Positions 1-9,840 of a stretch of DNA of 35,087 nucleotides are shown piece after piece (positions within the stretch are counted from its first letter, which is position 1; each line of letters begins with the position of its first letter). The position numbers and the translations under genes are program-made. This DNA is from a virus. A model generated the notes under the pieces. The model did not search any database, had not been told where the DNA came from, and worked only from the letters and a program-made list of their open reading frames with translations. Location of the stretch: the UHGV virus genome UHGV-0145327. One strand, 5' to 3'.

Positions 1-694
1 TATCCTGCGTCCAGGCGTTGTACCACGGTGTATCTGTAATTTTAAATAACTCTCCTTGGATAAAATCTTCAGAAGCATAAAAAAGAGGCTGACCCGGTAT
101 TCTCTCAAATAAAAAACGAGCATTTTTAAATCGACTGACATCTGGAAGAGTTGATACTTTAAAAGTAAGCCCTCGCCCATCTATCTTTTCACCACCTGTT
201 GCAACAGAAAGTAATTCTGATAGAGCTGATGTATCATCATGAACACCATCACCAATAGCCCCCCAACCTCTTACATCATAACTGTCTCTCCATCTTGCTA
301 TCTGAAGTTTTGGGTATTTATTCGCTCCATCTGGGTCTTCTAATTGCTGTCGTAACTGATCAGGATCATACTTCAGCACATTCGGAAAATAGAACTGCTG
401 CACACCATACGCATCATAAACAGCCATAGAATGGCCTTGCACAGTTACGAACTTGGCAATCTGCCCGTTATATACCGGATATCCGGCAGCGTTAATGATG
501 ATTGGTTGCGAAACAGGAACGTGAGAGCCGTCTTCATTCTCTACATAAACCTGAATCTGGTTTTCTGGATTTACCGGGTCAGTGTCAATTTTACCGATAT
601 AAATTTTGCCATTGGCTACGGCTTTAAAAGAACGCGCCATAGTGAAGAGTTGCGATGGCATTGATACGATCACATTGGCTGTAATGTCTGTCAT
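1..694 (-). CDS. Tailspike protein, N-terminal portion only (gene continues past the left edge of the window)
   Basis: Minus-strand ORF starting at ATG 694..692, not in the ORF track because it has no stop in the window. My translation begins [59 protein letters not shown]..., which matches the P22 gp9 head-binding domain as I remember it. After roughly residue 115 the sequence no longer resembles P22 gp9. Confidence 0.85.
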   Translation of the reverse strand, partial: MTDITANVIVSMPSQLFTMARSFKAVANGKIYIGKIDTDPVNPENQIQVYVENEDGSHVPVSQPIIINAAGYPVYNGQIAKFVTVQGHSMAVYDAYGVQQFYFPNVLKYDPDQLRQQLEDPDGANKYPKLQIARWRDSYDVRGWGAIGDGVHDDTSALSELLSVATGGEKIDGRGLTFKVSTLPDVSRFKNARFLFERIPGQPLFYASEDFIQGELFKITDTPWYNAWTQD

Positions 695-751
695 TTAATT
701 TGCTCCAGATACAAGGAATCACCGCAGCATGGCTACGGCAATGCGTCATAG

Positions 752-766
752 AGACCACAGTGGTCT
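752..766. promoter_or_regulatory. Perfect 15-bp palindrome AGACCACAGTGGTCT, candidate Mnt operator between the divergent mnt and tailspike genes
   Basis: Seen directly: AGACCAC-A-GTGGTCT is its own reverse complement. It sits 64 bp upstream of the mnt ATG and 58 bp upstream of the tailspike ATG. It shares the CCAC-N-GTGG core with the P22 mnt operator as I recall it. Confidence 0.5.
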
Positions 767-829
767 TATTGTGGATATAACCAGTAGATCATATGATGCC
801 GATCCACTTACAAAAGTGAGGCATCAAGA

Positions 830-1081
830 ATGGGAAGAGATGACCCGCAATTTAATCTGCGGCTACCTTACGAATTAAAGGAAAAACTAAAACAGCGAGC
901 CAAATCCAATGGCCGCTCTCTTAATTCAGAATTAGTTCAGATAGTGACTGATGCTGTATCAAAGCCATCCAAAATTTCAGGCTATCGAGACGATGCGGAA
1001 CGCATCGCTGATGAGCAGTCTGAACTTGTTAAGAAGATGGTGTTTGATACGCTGAAGGATTTGTACAAAAAACCCACCTGA
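830..1081 (+). CDS. mnt: Mnt-family ribbon-helix-helix repressor (83 aa)
   Basis: Translation MGRDDPQFNLRLPYELKEKLKQRAKSNGRSLNSELVQIVTDAVSKPSKISGYRDDAERIADEQSELVKKMVFDTLKDLYKKPT is co-linear with P22 Mnt as I remember it, including the C-terminal ...DAERLADEQSELVKKMVFDTLKDLYKK segment. Confidence 0.9.
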   Translation: MGRDDPQFNLRLPYELKEKLKQRAKSNGRSLNSELVQIVTDAVSKPSKISGYRDDAERIADEQSELVKKMVFDTLKDLYKKPT

Positions 1082-1090
1082 CGGTGGGTT
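1071..1090. terminator. Hairpin AACCCACC-tgac-GGTGGGTT between convergent mnt (+) and the 322-aa gene (-); likely bidirectional terminator
   Basis: 8-bp perfect stem with a 4-nt loop that contains the mnt stop codon; A-run upstream and T-rich sequence downstream on the plus strand. Confidence 0.45.
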
Positions 1091-1096
1091 TCATAA

Positions 1097-2065
1097 TTAG
1101 ATTTCTGGTTTCATTCTTCCGAAAACCTTTTCTATTCCTTTTTCGTATTCTTCTCTTGTCTCACTCATCGCTGCGACACCAAGAAGCTTACCGATATGCT
1201 GACGCAAAGCCTTGACACCAATTTCAGAAAGGAACAGATGCAACTTATCAGATTGTTTTCCGTTCTCGTCTCGGCTGGCTCTAATTTGTTCAAGGATTTT
1301 ACCTTTACTCTTTGCTAGCGGGGTGTATATCTGCATGTTGGTTAGCTGCCCAAAACGAATAGGCCGTCCTTTCTCTGGCCTATTCAGGCCGTACAGTCGA
1401 TACCACTCCTCGTATAGCTCATCTGGAAATTCCTTTTCATATTGACGAGCCTCTTCACGAACAAACGCTTTGAACTCGTCAATGACAGCCTGAACTTCTG
1501 GACGATAACCAGCAAGCGCATACGCAACCCCCTTAATTCCCGCCTTAGCGGAGGCATTAATAAGTCTCTGTGCTGCGGCGGCTGCCTTTAACCGTGATTG
1601 TGGTAGATCGTCATTATCTTTGGCTTCTATTAGTGCCCTACCAATATCAACAATTGCTGTAATGTCATAACCTAACGCTTGATGAACGGTTTTAGACTTC
1701 GAAGTAAGTTGAAATTTATAGGGATTTTCCATTTTTCGCTGCAATTCTAGATCTCGGTATTTGCTCATATACTGAGCGCCAAGCAGTTGATCTAAATCCC
1801 TGGCATGTTCACCAATCCCTAGCAACTGAGATAATCCAGTTTTCGTAACAACGACAGTTTTCGACTCGTCATCCAGTACATAACATTCAGCATCAATGCC
1901 AAAATCATCTAAAAAGTTACCACGATGAGTTGCCCTGAGAATCTTACTTTTCCATCTTGCAGCAGCTGCTTTCTTTGCTATTTCAGAACGCTGCTCTTTA
2001 GTCAGCGACTTTGCGCGAGCGATCCCGCCCTTAGCTTTCCCTTCGCCACTTTTCTTTTCAGTCAT
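1097..2065 (-). CDS. Hypothetical protein, 322 aa, lysine/arginine-rich N-terminus, no family recognised
   Basis: Long minus-strand ORF. I place the start at ATG 2065 (MTEKKSGEGKAKGG...), which has an AAGGTG Shine-Dalgarno about 9 nt upstream; the upstream extension in the ORF track (MLVCVYSV...) has no ribosome-binding site. No catalytic motif recognised. Confidence 0.6.
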   Translation of the reverse strand: MTEKKSGEGKAKGGIARAKSLTKEQRSEIAKKAAAARWKSKILRATHRGNFLDDFGIDAECYVLDDESKTVVVTKTGLSQLLGIGEHARDLDQLLGAQYMSKYRDLELQRKMENPYKFQLTSKSKTVHQALGYDITAIVDIGRALIEAKDNDDLPQSRLKAAAAAQRLINASAKAGIKGVAYALAGYRPEVQAVIDEFKAFVREEARQYEKEFPDELYEEWYRLYGLNRPEKGRPIRFGQLTNMQIYTPLAKSKGKILEQIRASRDENGKQSDKLHLFLSEIGVKALRQHIGKLLGVAAMSETREEYEKGIEKVFGRMKPEI

Positions 2066-2160
2066 AATGCAAGCACCTTTGCTGTGATGTATGCTTGCAT
2101 TATATACACTGTACACACATACAAGCAAGCATAAAGCTAAAACAAAATGCTTGCATTACA
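2066..2160. promoter_or_regulatory. Divergent intergenic region with repeated ATGCTTGCAT / ATGCAAGCA motifs (candidate operator sites)
   Basis: ATGCAAGCA at 2067-2075 (inverted copy), ATGCTTGCAT at 2091-2100, CAAGCAAGCAT at 2122-2132, ATGCTTGCAT at 2147-2156, all between the start codons of two divergent genes. Confidence 0.4.
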
Positions 2161-2221
2161 ACCGCGCTACTCCAACTACACATTATCATCTGGTATCCTG
2201 CTCAAAACTAAGGAGGTTGGC

Positions 2222-2611
2222 GTGAAGCAATTTCTTACCGCTATGTTCTTATTCATATCTTTTGGGGCTACAGCAGAGTGCTGGGTCGTTGGAGATATGC
2301 GCGGAATAAGCTATTCAGAACGAAATAATTTCCATCCGGAAGAAGATGGTTTTAGTGGAACATTCATCATTAAGACAAACGGTGAAGATGCCAGCATCAC
2401 ATATTCTGGGACAGATGCGGGCGGCATGGCTTACAAAGCATTGTCTAAAAACTCCATCATAGGAATCGGCGCGAATGGCGAAACTCAACGCGTTATCGAC
2501 TCATGGGTAATACATCCTACTGGAACAGTTTTAATGTCAAAAACCATTTCCGGTTATGGAAATATGGATTCAACCAAAGCTTTTGTTGGAAAAGTAAAAA
2601 GAAAATGTTAG
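2222..2611 (+). CDS. Hypothetical secreted or periplasmic protein (about 129 aa) with an N-terminal signal peptide
   Basis: AGGAGG at 2211-2216 followed by in-frame GTG at 2222. Hydrophobic N-terminus VKQFLTAMFLFISFGATAEC; mature part has Cys near both ends. Plus-strand gene sitting inside a minus-strand late region. Confidence 0.6.
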   Translation: MKQFLTAMFLFISFGATAECWVVGDMRGISYSERNNFHPEEDGFSGTFIIKTNGEDASITYSGTDAGGMAYKALSKNSIIGIGANGETQRVIDSWVIHPTGTVLMSKTISGYGNMDSTKAFVGKVKRKC

Positions 2612-2635
2612 CGATTGAATCCAATTTCCCATACG

Positions 2636-4477
2636 TTACTGCTGTGTTGCCTCAGTAGCAAACAGCGGTCTGATGGCATTCGCAGCGTTATTTATCGCTC
2701 TTTCATAGGCTGGTGTTCCTGCTTTGGTGTTTGCCAAACGAAGAAGCATATTCCTTGCTGCTTTGGACTCATACAAGCGCATCATTGCACCAAAACCAGC
2801 CTCAAGCCCCATTGATACGCCAAGGGTCGCAGTTGCGCCAATCGTCCTTATCCTGTTGGCTTGCGATTGCCCCGTCTGAGTTACTACATTTGCGGTGTCT
2901 GACCTTGCTGTTTGCTGTAGAACTTCATGAAGAGCATCAAGCTCTTTCATGTGCTTTCCAGAAAAAATAGTGTTGTAAATTTCACCGCCTGACTGAGATT
3001 TCAGCTTATTAACTTCAGTGATGAACTTGGCTGGAGAGTCACCGGCCTTTTCCGCTATTTTGCTGACATAAGCTGCACGCATAGCATCTTTCCCTTTATT
3101 ATCCAATGCGCTCCAGATTCGTTTTACGTCAGATGGTTTTCTGCTTAATACAACGGTATTTATAAGTTCAGGACTGGCTTCACTGCTTGCCTTGTTGAGC
3201 TTGTTGGCAATGTTTTTATTAAGCACCTTATTATAAACGTTTGCATAATCGGAATTTGCTTTAAGGTATTTTGCTGCGTCTGATGCACCGAGGTTTTTAG
3301 CAACTGCGTTACGAAGGTCTTTTGACATTGCATTCTCTACCATATTGGTAGCTGCTTTTGCCTGGTTGGGGAAGACCATAGCATCTCCCTGAACATTAGA
3401 TCTAAATGCTGTTCTGTGCTGACGCAAGAGATCAAACGTAACATCCAAATCAGTTGCAGGGTTTGCTAATTCTTCACGTAGGTTACGCAAGGATGTAAGC
3501 AGGCTTTGATTGGCAGACGTCCCAAGCCGTTCCTGTCTTGCGATCGCTGTATTCAGAGCATTCATGGTATTTGTGGTATCAACTGCGGCATTACCCATTT
3601 TATTGGTGACGTCATTGATAACAGCGCCAGCGGCATCCTTCCGCCCCCTTAACGTGGTGGTAAGAGATTTCACCACATCATCAGGGTTGTACTCACCAAA
3701 CCGGTCAAAATAATTACTTACCAGCTTACTACGCGTTGCATATTGCTCCGCTCGCTTTGAGCCTGTCCCGAGCAAAGCCCCCTCGGCATCCTGAGTTAGG
3801 CCGCGAGTGAAAGCATTTTTCGGCGGGATAACATCAGATGTCATTGGTGTCACACCCATCGATTCTGATGTGGCAATTTTCTTCGCCACTTCTGGCGCAA
3901 TATCACCTTTTATAGCCGTTATTCCACGCCCTATTCCCTTTGCTGCTGCGGAAAGAACACCCTGAGCGGCAAGGTTAACTCCGGCATTTTTAGCTGCATT
4001 TTGTGCGAAATCGCCTTTCTGATTTGCGGCCTCTGCCAGTGATCCAATAGCCATGCTTCCTGCCGTTCCAACTCCTGGAACTAAATACCCACCAATTGTT
4101 TCACCGGCTTGCGCGTAGGGGTCTGTCGGTCTGTCTACTGGACGATAAACATCATCCAAAACCTTGGGTCCACCAAGCCCCTGACTGATTGCATTAATCA
4201 GACTTGCGCCGCCCTGCAATACGTCAAATGGTATGTTTACCAGACCACGACCAGCCTGTTCTGCAATTTGCCCTGCACTTTGACCACCAGTGAGCCAATC
4301 GCCAGCTTGTTGCATCAATGATGGTTCTTCACGTGCTGGTTCATTGCTATCCTGGCTGACAGTTTGTTGCTGAACAGACTGTCCAGCAAAATACTCATCA
4401 ATGGCAGATCCAATATCTTCCGTGCTCGTACCATCAGGGAAGGTAAATGTCTTACCGTTTGCAGTTACTTTCATCAT
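2636..4477 (-). CDS. Internal virion ejection protein, P22 gp16-like (613 aa)
   Basis: Size and position (last gene of the late operon, after the gp20-like gene) match the P22 order 7-20-16; Gly/Ala-rich sequence typical of ejection proteins. Confidence 0.8.
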   Translation of the reverse strand: MMKVTANGKTFTFPDGTSTEDIGSAIDEYFAGQSVQQQTVSQDSNEPAREEPSLMQQAGDWLTGGQSAGQIAEQAGRGLVNIPFDVLQGGASLINAISQGLGGPKVLDDVYRPVDRPTDPYAQAGETIGGYLVPGVGTAGSMAIGSLAEAANQKGDFAQNAAKNAGVNLAAQGVLSAAAKGIGRGITAIKGDIAPEVAKKIATSESMGVTPMTSDVIPPKNAFTRGLTQDAEGALLGTGSKRAEQYATRSKLVSNYFDRFGEYNPDDVVKSLTTTLRGRKDAAGAVINDVTNKMGNAAVDTTNTMNALNTAIARQERLGTSANQSLLTSLRNLREELANPATDLDVTFDLLRQHRTAFRSNVQGDAMVFPNQAKAATNMVENAMSKDLRNAVAKNLGASDAAKYLKANSDYANVYNKVLNKNIANKLNKASSEASPELINTVVLSRKPSDVKRIWSALDNKGKDAMRAAYVSKIAEKAGDSPAKFITEVNKLKSQSGGEIYNTIFSGKHMKELDALHEVLQQTARSDTANVVTQTGQSQANRIRTIGATATLGVSMGLEAGFGAMMRLYESKAARNMLLRLANTKAGTPAYERAINNAANAIRPLFATEATQQ

Positions 4478-5880
4478 TCCACCGTAAATTGAATGCCTGA
4501 TTTTGAGGTATATGATCCAACCTGATTCCGTGGTTCTCCTGAAGGTGTCGAATCTTGCGCTGGTGCTGCGTCAGTATTCATTGACATATACCGCTTAACG
4601 GCACTCCCCAATGATTCACCTTTTTTAACATCCAACCCCAATATCTGACCGCCATTACGCGATTGTCCAGGGTTGCCATTCGCGCTCATCCACTCGGCTT
4701 TAAACTCATTAAACTGCGCGTTTCGTCGCTCAAGGTTTGCCATTGCATCAAGCCATCTTGCGACCGTCTCAGGGTTATCCATGTCAGTTGGTGCACCCTG
4801 ACGAACGATCTCAACGTCTTTATCCGTTGCGGGGCCGGGAGGTAGGAATTTAAGAACCTGACTGTTAACAAGGGCATTTTGGCGAATGCGCAAATCACGC
4901 AATGTCGTATCGCTTCCGGTAAGTTTTGCGAACATGTTCTGTGCGTTACCGAACAAACCTGTCGTTGGTTTTTCTGTTCTGAACTGTTGAGCAAGCGCAC
5001 TCATAGAATTGGCTGAGTTTGATGATGCTGTGGCATTGTTTACAGCCGTCTCGATGCCTTTTTCCATGTTTACTGACAGCTTAGGTGCTTCGCTAATCAA
5101 CTGCTGAGCCTTTTCCTGCGCTTGCTGCATCTTAAACCCGAACTCTTGCTGATCCAGAGCCAAGCGTTGTGCTGCGATATTGTGCCCAGTCATTGCTGAC
5201 TGATAGGAAAGGTTTTGCCCTCTCGCCTGAAGTGCTTCACCAGCCTGATTGCTGCGGATTGTCTCTGCCAGCCTGCCTCGGTCAATTTCACGACCAGCCA
5301 TCTTGTCCTGAACATTGAAGTAATCAATCGGACCAAGAGCAGCCATTCCAAGGTGATCAACAAACTCACCAAATCCTGAAGGATTCTGCTGATACATCTG
5401 AGCAACGTTATTAGGGTCAACACCGACGCGCGCCAGCTCATTGGCGTTGTTTTGCAGCCATGATTGCATTGCTTCTGGAGACGATGACGCAAGGCGTGCG
5501 CCAGCCGCTAAGGTGCCGATAGAATTACGCTGATCTTCATCAATGAATCCCATGCCTTTACGAACGGATTCAATCTGGTCTGGATATTGAGTAGCCAACT
5601 GACGCAAAGCTCCGCGATCACCAGACGCATAAGCATTAGCGTACGCCTGCTGAAATTCTTTCTGCCGCTGAGCCTGCTTTTCCTGCTGAAACACCCCTGC
5701 AATACCTGAAAGACCTTGCAAAGCAGTCAGCCCAACATTGTTAGCGCCTGAACGCTCAATATCATTGTTCTGCCTGATAAGCTGAAGCGTATTGCCGATG
5801 TCATTTACGCTCGGAGCGTTTGAGTTGACGCCGCCGATACCAGCTAACAATCCGCCATTTGATCCTTGCCAAGTAGCCAT
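4474..5880 (-). CDS. Internal virion ejection protein, P22 gp20-like (468 aa)
   Basis: Size and synteny with P22 gene 20 (about 470 aa); start codon overlaps the upstream gene. Confidence 0.8.
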   Translation of the reverse strand: MATWQGSNGGLLAGIGGVNSNAPSVNDIGNTLQLIRQNNDIERSGANNVGLTALQGLSGIAGVFQQEKQAQRQKEFQQAYANAYASGDRGALRQLATQYPDQIESVRKGMGFIDEDQRNSIGTLAAGARLASSSPEAMQSWLQNNANELARVGVDPNNVAQMYQQNPSGFGEFVDHLGMAALGPIDYFNVQDKMAGREIDRGRLAETIRSNQAGEALQARGQNLSYQSAMTGHNIAAQRLALDQQEFGFKMQQAQEKAQQLISEAPKLSVNMEKGIETAVNNATASSNSANSMSALAQQFRTEKPTTGLFGNAQNMFAKLTGSDTTLRDLRIRQNALVNSQVLKFLPPGPATDKDVEIVRQGAPTDMDNPETVARWLDAMANLERRNAQFNEFKAEWMSANGNPGQSRNGGQILGLDVKKGESLGSAVKRYMSMNTDAAPAQDSTPSGEPRNQVGSYTSKSGIQFTVE

Positions 5881-5889
5881 GATTACCCC

Positions 5890-6582
5890 TTAAAACAACG
5901 AGCCAAGCAATCCGATACCAGCACCAATGCCAGCGCCCCAAGGTGTTGATGTTCCCAAAAGGCTGGCAAGACCTGCACCGGCAATCGCACCAGACGTTCC
6001 GCCACTAATTGCTGTCTGAAGGCCTGATGGTTTATTGGCGTTAGCAGCGGCAAGTGCTGCGCTTTGCTGCGCAATGCTGCTCATGTTGTTGGCATATGTC
6101 TGCCCGGCGTTTGCCTGACCTTGCAGTGCGCCAAGACCAACATTTGCCAGATTCTGGTAGTTGTTCATCTGACCAGATAGCCATTGCTGACCAAGCGTTG
6201 GTGCGATTGTTGCTAACTGATTACTGGTTGCGGTGGAACCCAATCCACCTGTTGCTTCCGCTGCAGCCAGACTCTGATAGCGAGCCTGACCTGCAAGGTC
6301 TTTATACTGCTGAGAGTTGTAATACTGGTTAAGTGCCTGACCTTGCCCCTCCAGAGACGATAAGTTTTCGAGGCTGCCGACATACTTATCAGCCAGAGGA
6401 GTAAACGGCTTCAGGTTATTCATGATGGTGTTGAACTGCTGATTTTGCAGGTCTGCGGCATACTTCTGGGCTTCTGCTGCATACTTTGCGCTTTTATCAG
6501 AGCTACCACCTTTCCCGCCTTTTTCAGGGCACCAAGGTTCCTCGCCGTGCAGTTTTCTGCCCAGCTTAAATGCATATAACAT
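5890..6582 (-). CDS. Internal virion ejection protein, P22 gp7-like (230 aa)
   Basis: Size and synteny with P22 gene 7 (about 229 aa); Gly/Ala-rich C-terminus. Confidence 0.8.
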   Translation of the reverse strand: MLYAFKLGRKLHGEEPWCPEKGGKGGSSDKSAKYAAEAQKYAADLQNQQFNTIMNNLKPFTPLADKYVGSLENLSSLEGQGQALNQYYNSQQYKDLAGQARYQSLAAAEATGGLGSTATSNQLATIAPTLGQQWLSGQMNNYQNLANVGLGALQGQANAGQTYANNMSSIAQQSAALAAANANKPSGLQTAISGGTSGAIAGAGLASLLGTSTPWGAGIGAGIGLLGSLF

Positions 6583-6584
6583 GG

Positions 6585-7040
6585 CTATCTCCCGTGATTC
6601 AGGAATTCGATTAGTTCTTCGCGTGTGGCGCTGTAAAACGTCACGTCATCCACGCCTTTGAAGTATTTCTTGATGGTTCCTACACGATTAAGGCCAATCA
6701 TTGCGCAATACATCTGACCGTGGCGGAATTTGCGTGCTGCGAACGATGTGACGCACTGAACGGTGGTGTTAGTCAGAATGTATCTCCAGAAAGACAGCCC
6801 GATTTCCTTGCTGAAGCCGCGAATCTCTGGCAGGTACATGGCGTGGCAATCAAAGGTCAGCGGCTGAATCTCCTGATAGTAAACAATTCCGCCGAACTGC
6901 CCGTGCACGTTCACCTCAAAGTAACGGCATTCAGGTTTGTAGTCATATCCATCACCGTTGTTGCTCCCGGCAATAATGTCAGGGTGATTTCCGACTGCTT
7001 CTATCAGGTCGATGTTTCGCGTTGGTTTGAATGTAATCAT
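6585..7040 (-). CDS. P22 gp14-like virion assembly protein (151 aa)
   Basis: Position between the tail needle and the gp7-like gene, as in P22-like genomes. Called from synteny only. Confidence 0.6.
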   Translation of the reverse strand: MITFKPTRNIDLIEAVGNHPDIIAGSNNGDGYDYKPECRYFEVNVHGQFGGIVYYQEIQPLTFDCHAMYLPEIRGFSKEIGLSFWRYILTNTTVQCVTSFAARKFRHGQMYCAMIGLNRVGTIKKYFKGVDDVTFYSATREELIEFLNHGR

Positions 7041-7741
7041 CAGTCAATCAGCCCATGTAATCTAAGTGCCGTTTCAAGCGCCAGAATACGCTGCCGCGCC
7101 TGCTGCAAACCTGTAGCGAGAGCTGCGACTTCGGATTGCGTGTACGTAGTGCCGACAGTGTATGACTGGTTAGCGTTGAATGAGCCAAGAAGTGGCGTAC
7201 CTGTGGCTGCAGTCCATCCGGTCTGCCTTGCTCCAACGACCTGAATTCCATCAACTGAATATGATGTTTTTACATCCAGCGGTGACGCAAGAGACTGCGA
7301 TTCGGTTACGGTTTTCGATACGTAATCACTCTTAATGTCAGATACATCGCTTTCTACGCCATCCAGTCTTTGGTCAACAGTGACCAGATGCGCCTGAATA
7401 TCGATAACCTCATCCAGCAAGTAATCAACATCGCTACGTAGTACGACTATCTTCCCTTCGGCGGTTGTTAACCTGACCTCAAGGAGATTTATCGCTTTTG
7501 TGTTTGCGGTGATTCTTGCATCGTGATCTGCCAGCTCGACGTCCTGTTCATCGTTTTTCACCTGAGCATCGTAAGCGCCCTGACCAGCCTGATTTGCCTT
7601 CCCGGCAATTGCGCCAACATCAGCACCCTGATTTATGACATACAGCAGGTAAGACTGGCTGAATATATTGCGTGGCAAAATTGAAGCATCAAGGCGCGCA
7701 GCCTGAACCGCGACAGGATTATTCAGTGATGAATCCGCCAT
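7040..7741 (-). CDS. Tail needle protein, P22 gp26-like (233 aa)
   Basis: N-terminus [77 protein letters not shown] and C-terminus ...[12 protein letters not shown] closely match P22 gp26 as recalled; same length. Confidence 0.9.
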   Translation of the reverse strand: MADSSLNNPVAVQAARLDASILPRNIFSQSYLLYVINQGADVGAIAGKANQAGQGAYDAQVKNDEQDVELADHDARITANTKAINLLEVRLTTAEGKIVVLRSDVDYLLDEVIDIQAHLVTVDQRLDGVESDVSDIKSDYVSKTVTESQSLASPLDVKTSYSVDGIQVVGARQTGWTAATGTPLLGSFNANQSYTVGTTYTQSEVAALATGLQQARQRILALETALRLHGLID

Positions 7742-9159
7742 TACTCAATCCTTATCTGGCAGCCAGACAGAGTGACAGGTGACTTCGTGATAACGCGCAA
7801 TTTGAAGCCGACATTTTTCCTGATTCGCCCGACACGCTTCCACAAAACGCGTTTGTCGTAAACGAACGGTTCATTCTGCTCAATCATCTGCTCACGACCG
7901 TAATTGATGCCGTCAGTGGTTGCAGAGAGAAAAAGGCGGTCAGCATACTGCGCAACGCCAGTTGAAGATTCAACTTCAAGGTCGAAAACTCTGGCGTTAT
8001 CTGCTTTGAAGAGTGGAGTAAACAGCAGGTGTTCCTGCTGCTTGTCGTACTGGCTGCTGATATCGAACTGCAATTTCCCGGTAACAGATTCCAGCTTATC
8101 GCCGCACGTTATCTGATTGCCTTCGTAAATGAAGTCGATAGCGCGGTACACATCGTCATACAAGCCTGTTTTCAGTACACACCATTGCGGACCATTGGCG
8201 CTTGAAGATGCGTCGTACACGAGGACGTGGCGCGGAAGGTGGATAATCAGCAGTTCATGCGCATCAAATCGCAGCGATTCCATCACACCATCAGCCAGTT
8301 CATCAGCAGTGTAGGAGCGGAGGATTTTCTCAATGCTCGCGCTGGCGATTGGTGATACCTGACCGGAGCCGATGATGTATACAGACGGCGCACCTGTTGC
8401 CGGATTGCTGATGAACGCATACGAGTCAGCAAACGGCGTTTTGCAGTAGGTCCCGGCAATGCCTTTCTGCACCATCAGCGATGGCTGGGCGACATACAAA
8501 GCAGCACCAACGGTGGTTGCACCAGTCAGGGAGAAATATTCAATCGTCGATGAACCAAAGCAGACGATGAAGTCTCGCCATGTCCCGATACCGATGATGC
8601 CGTCCGGCTGCGATTCTGCGCGATATTGTGCACTGTATCGGTCAGGGTGCGATTCGTCTTCAAGGTCAGTGATAAACCATGAATCAGTTCCGTCTTTTGA
8701 CCACGCATAACGCCCACGTAAGCGAGTAATGTCGCGAACTGAACCTAACTCATACTGCGTGAATCCACTGTCTGTAGGCCAGTTTGAGACGGTTTTAACC
8801 GTGCCATCATAGCGATACTCGACCAGTTGACCATTAACGCCTACCGCCTGTGATGTTCGACCATGCGCCATTGATACGCGACCACTTCCGGCAACATCAC
8901 CAACCTCGCTTTCGCCCTTATACAGCTTGCCACCACACACGCGATAAACAGCATTCTGCGCCATGTTGTACTCGACGCCTCGCGATACGCCGTTCACATC
9001 AGAACGTTTGGCAATGCCCGGGAATGAGCGAAGATATCCGCTGCTGTTGAGGATTTCTTTGGGTGTAGCCAACATATTCACTGGCAGATAGTCGATATAG
9101 TCGGCGTTTCGAAAGTCTTTGCCGACACCTTTCATAAGCGGAAGTTGCTGAATCGTCAT
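7741..9159 (-). CDS. Tail hub protein, P22 gp10-like (472 aa)
   Basis: Same length as P22 gp10 and correct position between gp4 and gp26. Confidence 0.8.
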   Translation of the reverse strand: MTIQQLPLMKGVGKDFRNADYIDYLPVNMLATPKEILNSSGYLRSFPGIAKRSDVNGVSRGVEYNMAQNAVYRVCGGKLYKGESEVGDVAGSGRVSMAHGRTSQAVGVNGQLVEYRYDGTVKTVSNWPTDSGFTQYELGSVRDITRLRGRYAWSKDGTDSWFITDLEDESHPDRYSAQYRAESQPDGIIGIGTWRDFIVCFGSSTIEYFSLTGATTVGAALYVAQPSLMVQKGIAGTYCKTPFADSYAFISNPATGAPSVYIIGSGQVSPIASASIEKILRSYTADELADGVMESLRFDAHELLIIHLPRHVLVYDASSSANGPQWCVLKTGLYDDVYRAIDFIYEGNQITCGDKLESVTGKLQFDISSQYDKQQEHLLFTPLFKADNARVFDLEVESSTGVAQYADRLFLSATTDGINYGREQMIEQNEPFVYDKRVLWKRVGRIRKNVGFKLRVITKSPVTLSGCQIRIE

Positions 9160-9168
9160 TTATTCACC

Positions 9169-9630
9169 TCACGTACTCGGTTCATCTTTCTCGATGTAAA
9201 ACCGATTCCACGTAAACGCGCTTTTGTTACCACTACCGCGAGGCATGTCATTTCGCCGCTCAAGTGGTGGTATTTTGGTTAAAGCGATGCAGATTGTCTG
9301 ATATGCGCTGTCAGCAGCGGTAAGGAGAGCATCCGACGGCTGAATGACGTTATCCATGCACACTTGCACAGCGAGTTTCAAAGCGACGCCATCATTTGCC
9401 CATGCAGGGATACCTGAATCATCGTCAGGTAACGGCATGATGCCGTTTTCTGTATCAGCAAACTGATATCCAAGCTCGATACCTTTCGCCTGCCATGCTG
9501 CCATCATGTCTTCGAGGTCATTAATGGCATCTTCAATTGCCTGAGGGTCGGCATCTGTCAACGTGGCATTGGAATACAGCCCGGCTTTTCGTAAAGCCTT
9601 TAGAACGAGATCACCCTTCGTTTTCGCCAT
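9169..9630 (-). CDS. Head-to-tail adaptor, P22 gp4-like (153 aa)
   Basis: MAKTKGDLVLKALRKAGLYSNATLTDADPQAIEDAINDLEDMMAAW resembles the P22 gp4 N-terminus (..KTKGDLVRAALRKLGV..ATLTD..DAVDDLEAMMAEW). Confidence 0.85.
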   Translation of the reverse strand: MAKTKGDLVLKALRKAGLYSNATLTDADPQAIEDAINDLEDMMAAWQAKGIELGYQFADTENGIMPLPDDDSGIPAWANDGVALKLAVQVCMDNVIQPSDALLTAADSAYQTICIALTKIPPLERRNDMPRGSGNKSAFTWNRFYIEKDEPST

Positions 9631-9799
9631 CTTCTTCCGCCTTAGCCACTTTTTGCTTCGTTGCGGTTTCTTCAGGAGTTTTTACCCAACCTTTTTTCAG
9701 GTGAGATTTAACTTCTTCGTCATCAACAATGATGTAATCGACAGCAAACTGACCACAGGTGATCATGTTGCCAGGCTTATAGAGCATTGTTCGTGCCAT
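9611..9799 (-). CDS. Small hypothetical protein (62 aa) between coat and gp4
   Basis: ATG at 9799 preceded by GGGAGAAG on the minus strand; the upstream part of the track ORF would overlap the coat stop codon. Confidence 0.45.
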   Translation of the reverse strand: MARTMLYKPGNMITCGQFAVDYIIVDDEEVKSHLKKGWVKTPEETATKQKVAKAEEDGENEG

Positions 9800-9840
9800 T
9801 GTCTTCTCCCAATAAAAATGGGGCCGAAGCCCCACCAAAA

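Noticed and set aside
431-664. Plus-strand 77-aa ORF in the ORF track
   Set aside because: It lies antisense within the tailspike head-binding coding region, whose translation is strongly P22 gp9-like; no ribosome-binding site.
6720-7244. Plus-strand 174-aa ORF
   Set aside because: Antisense across the gp14 and tail needle genes.
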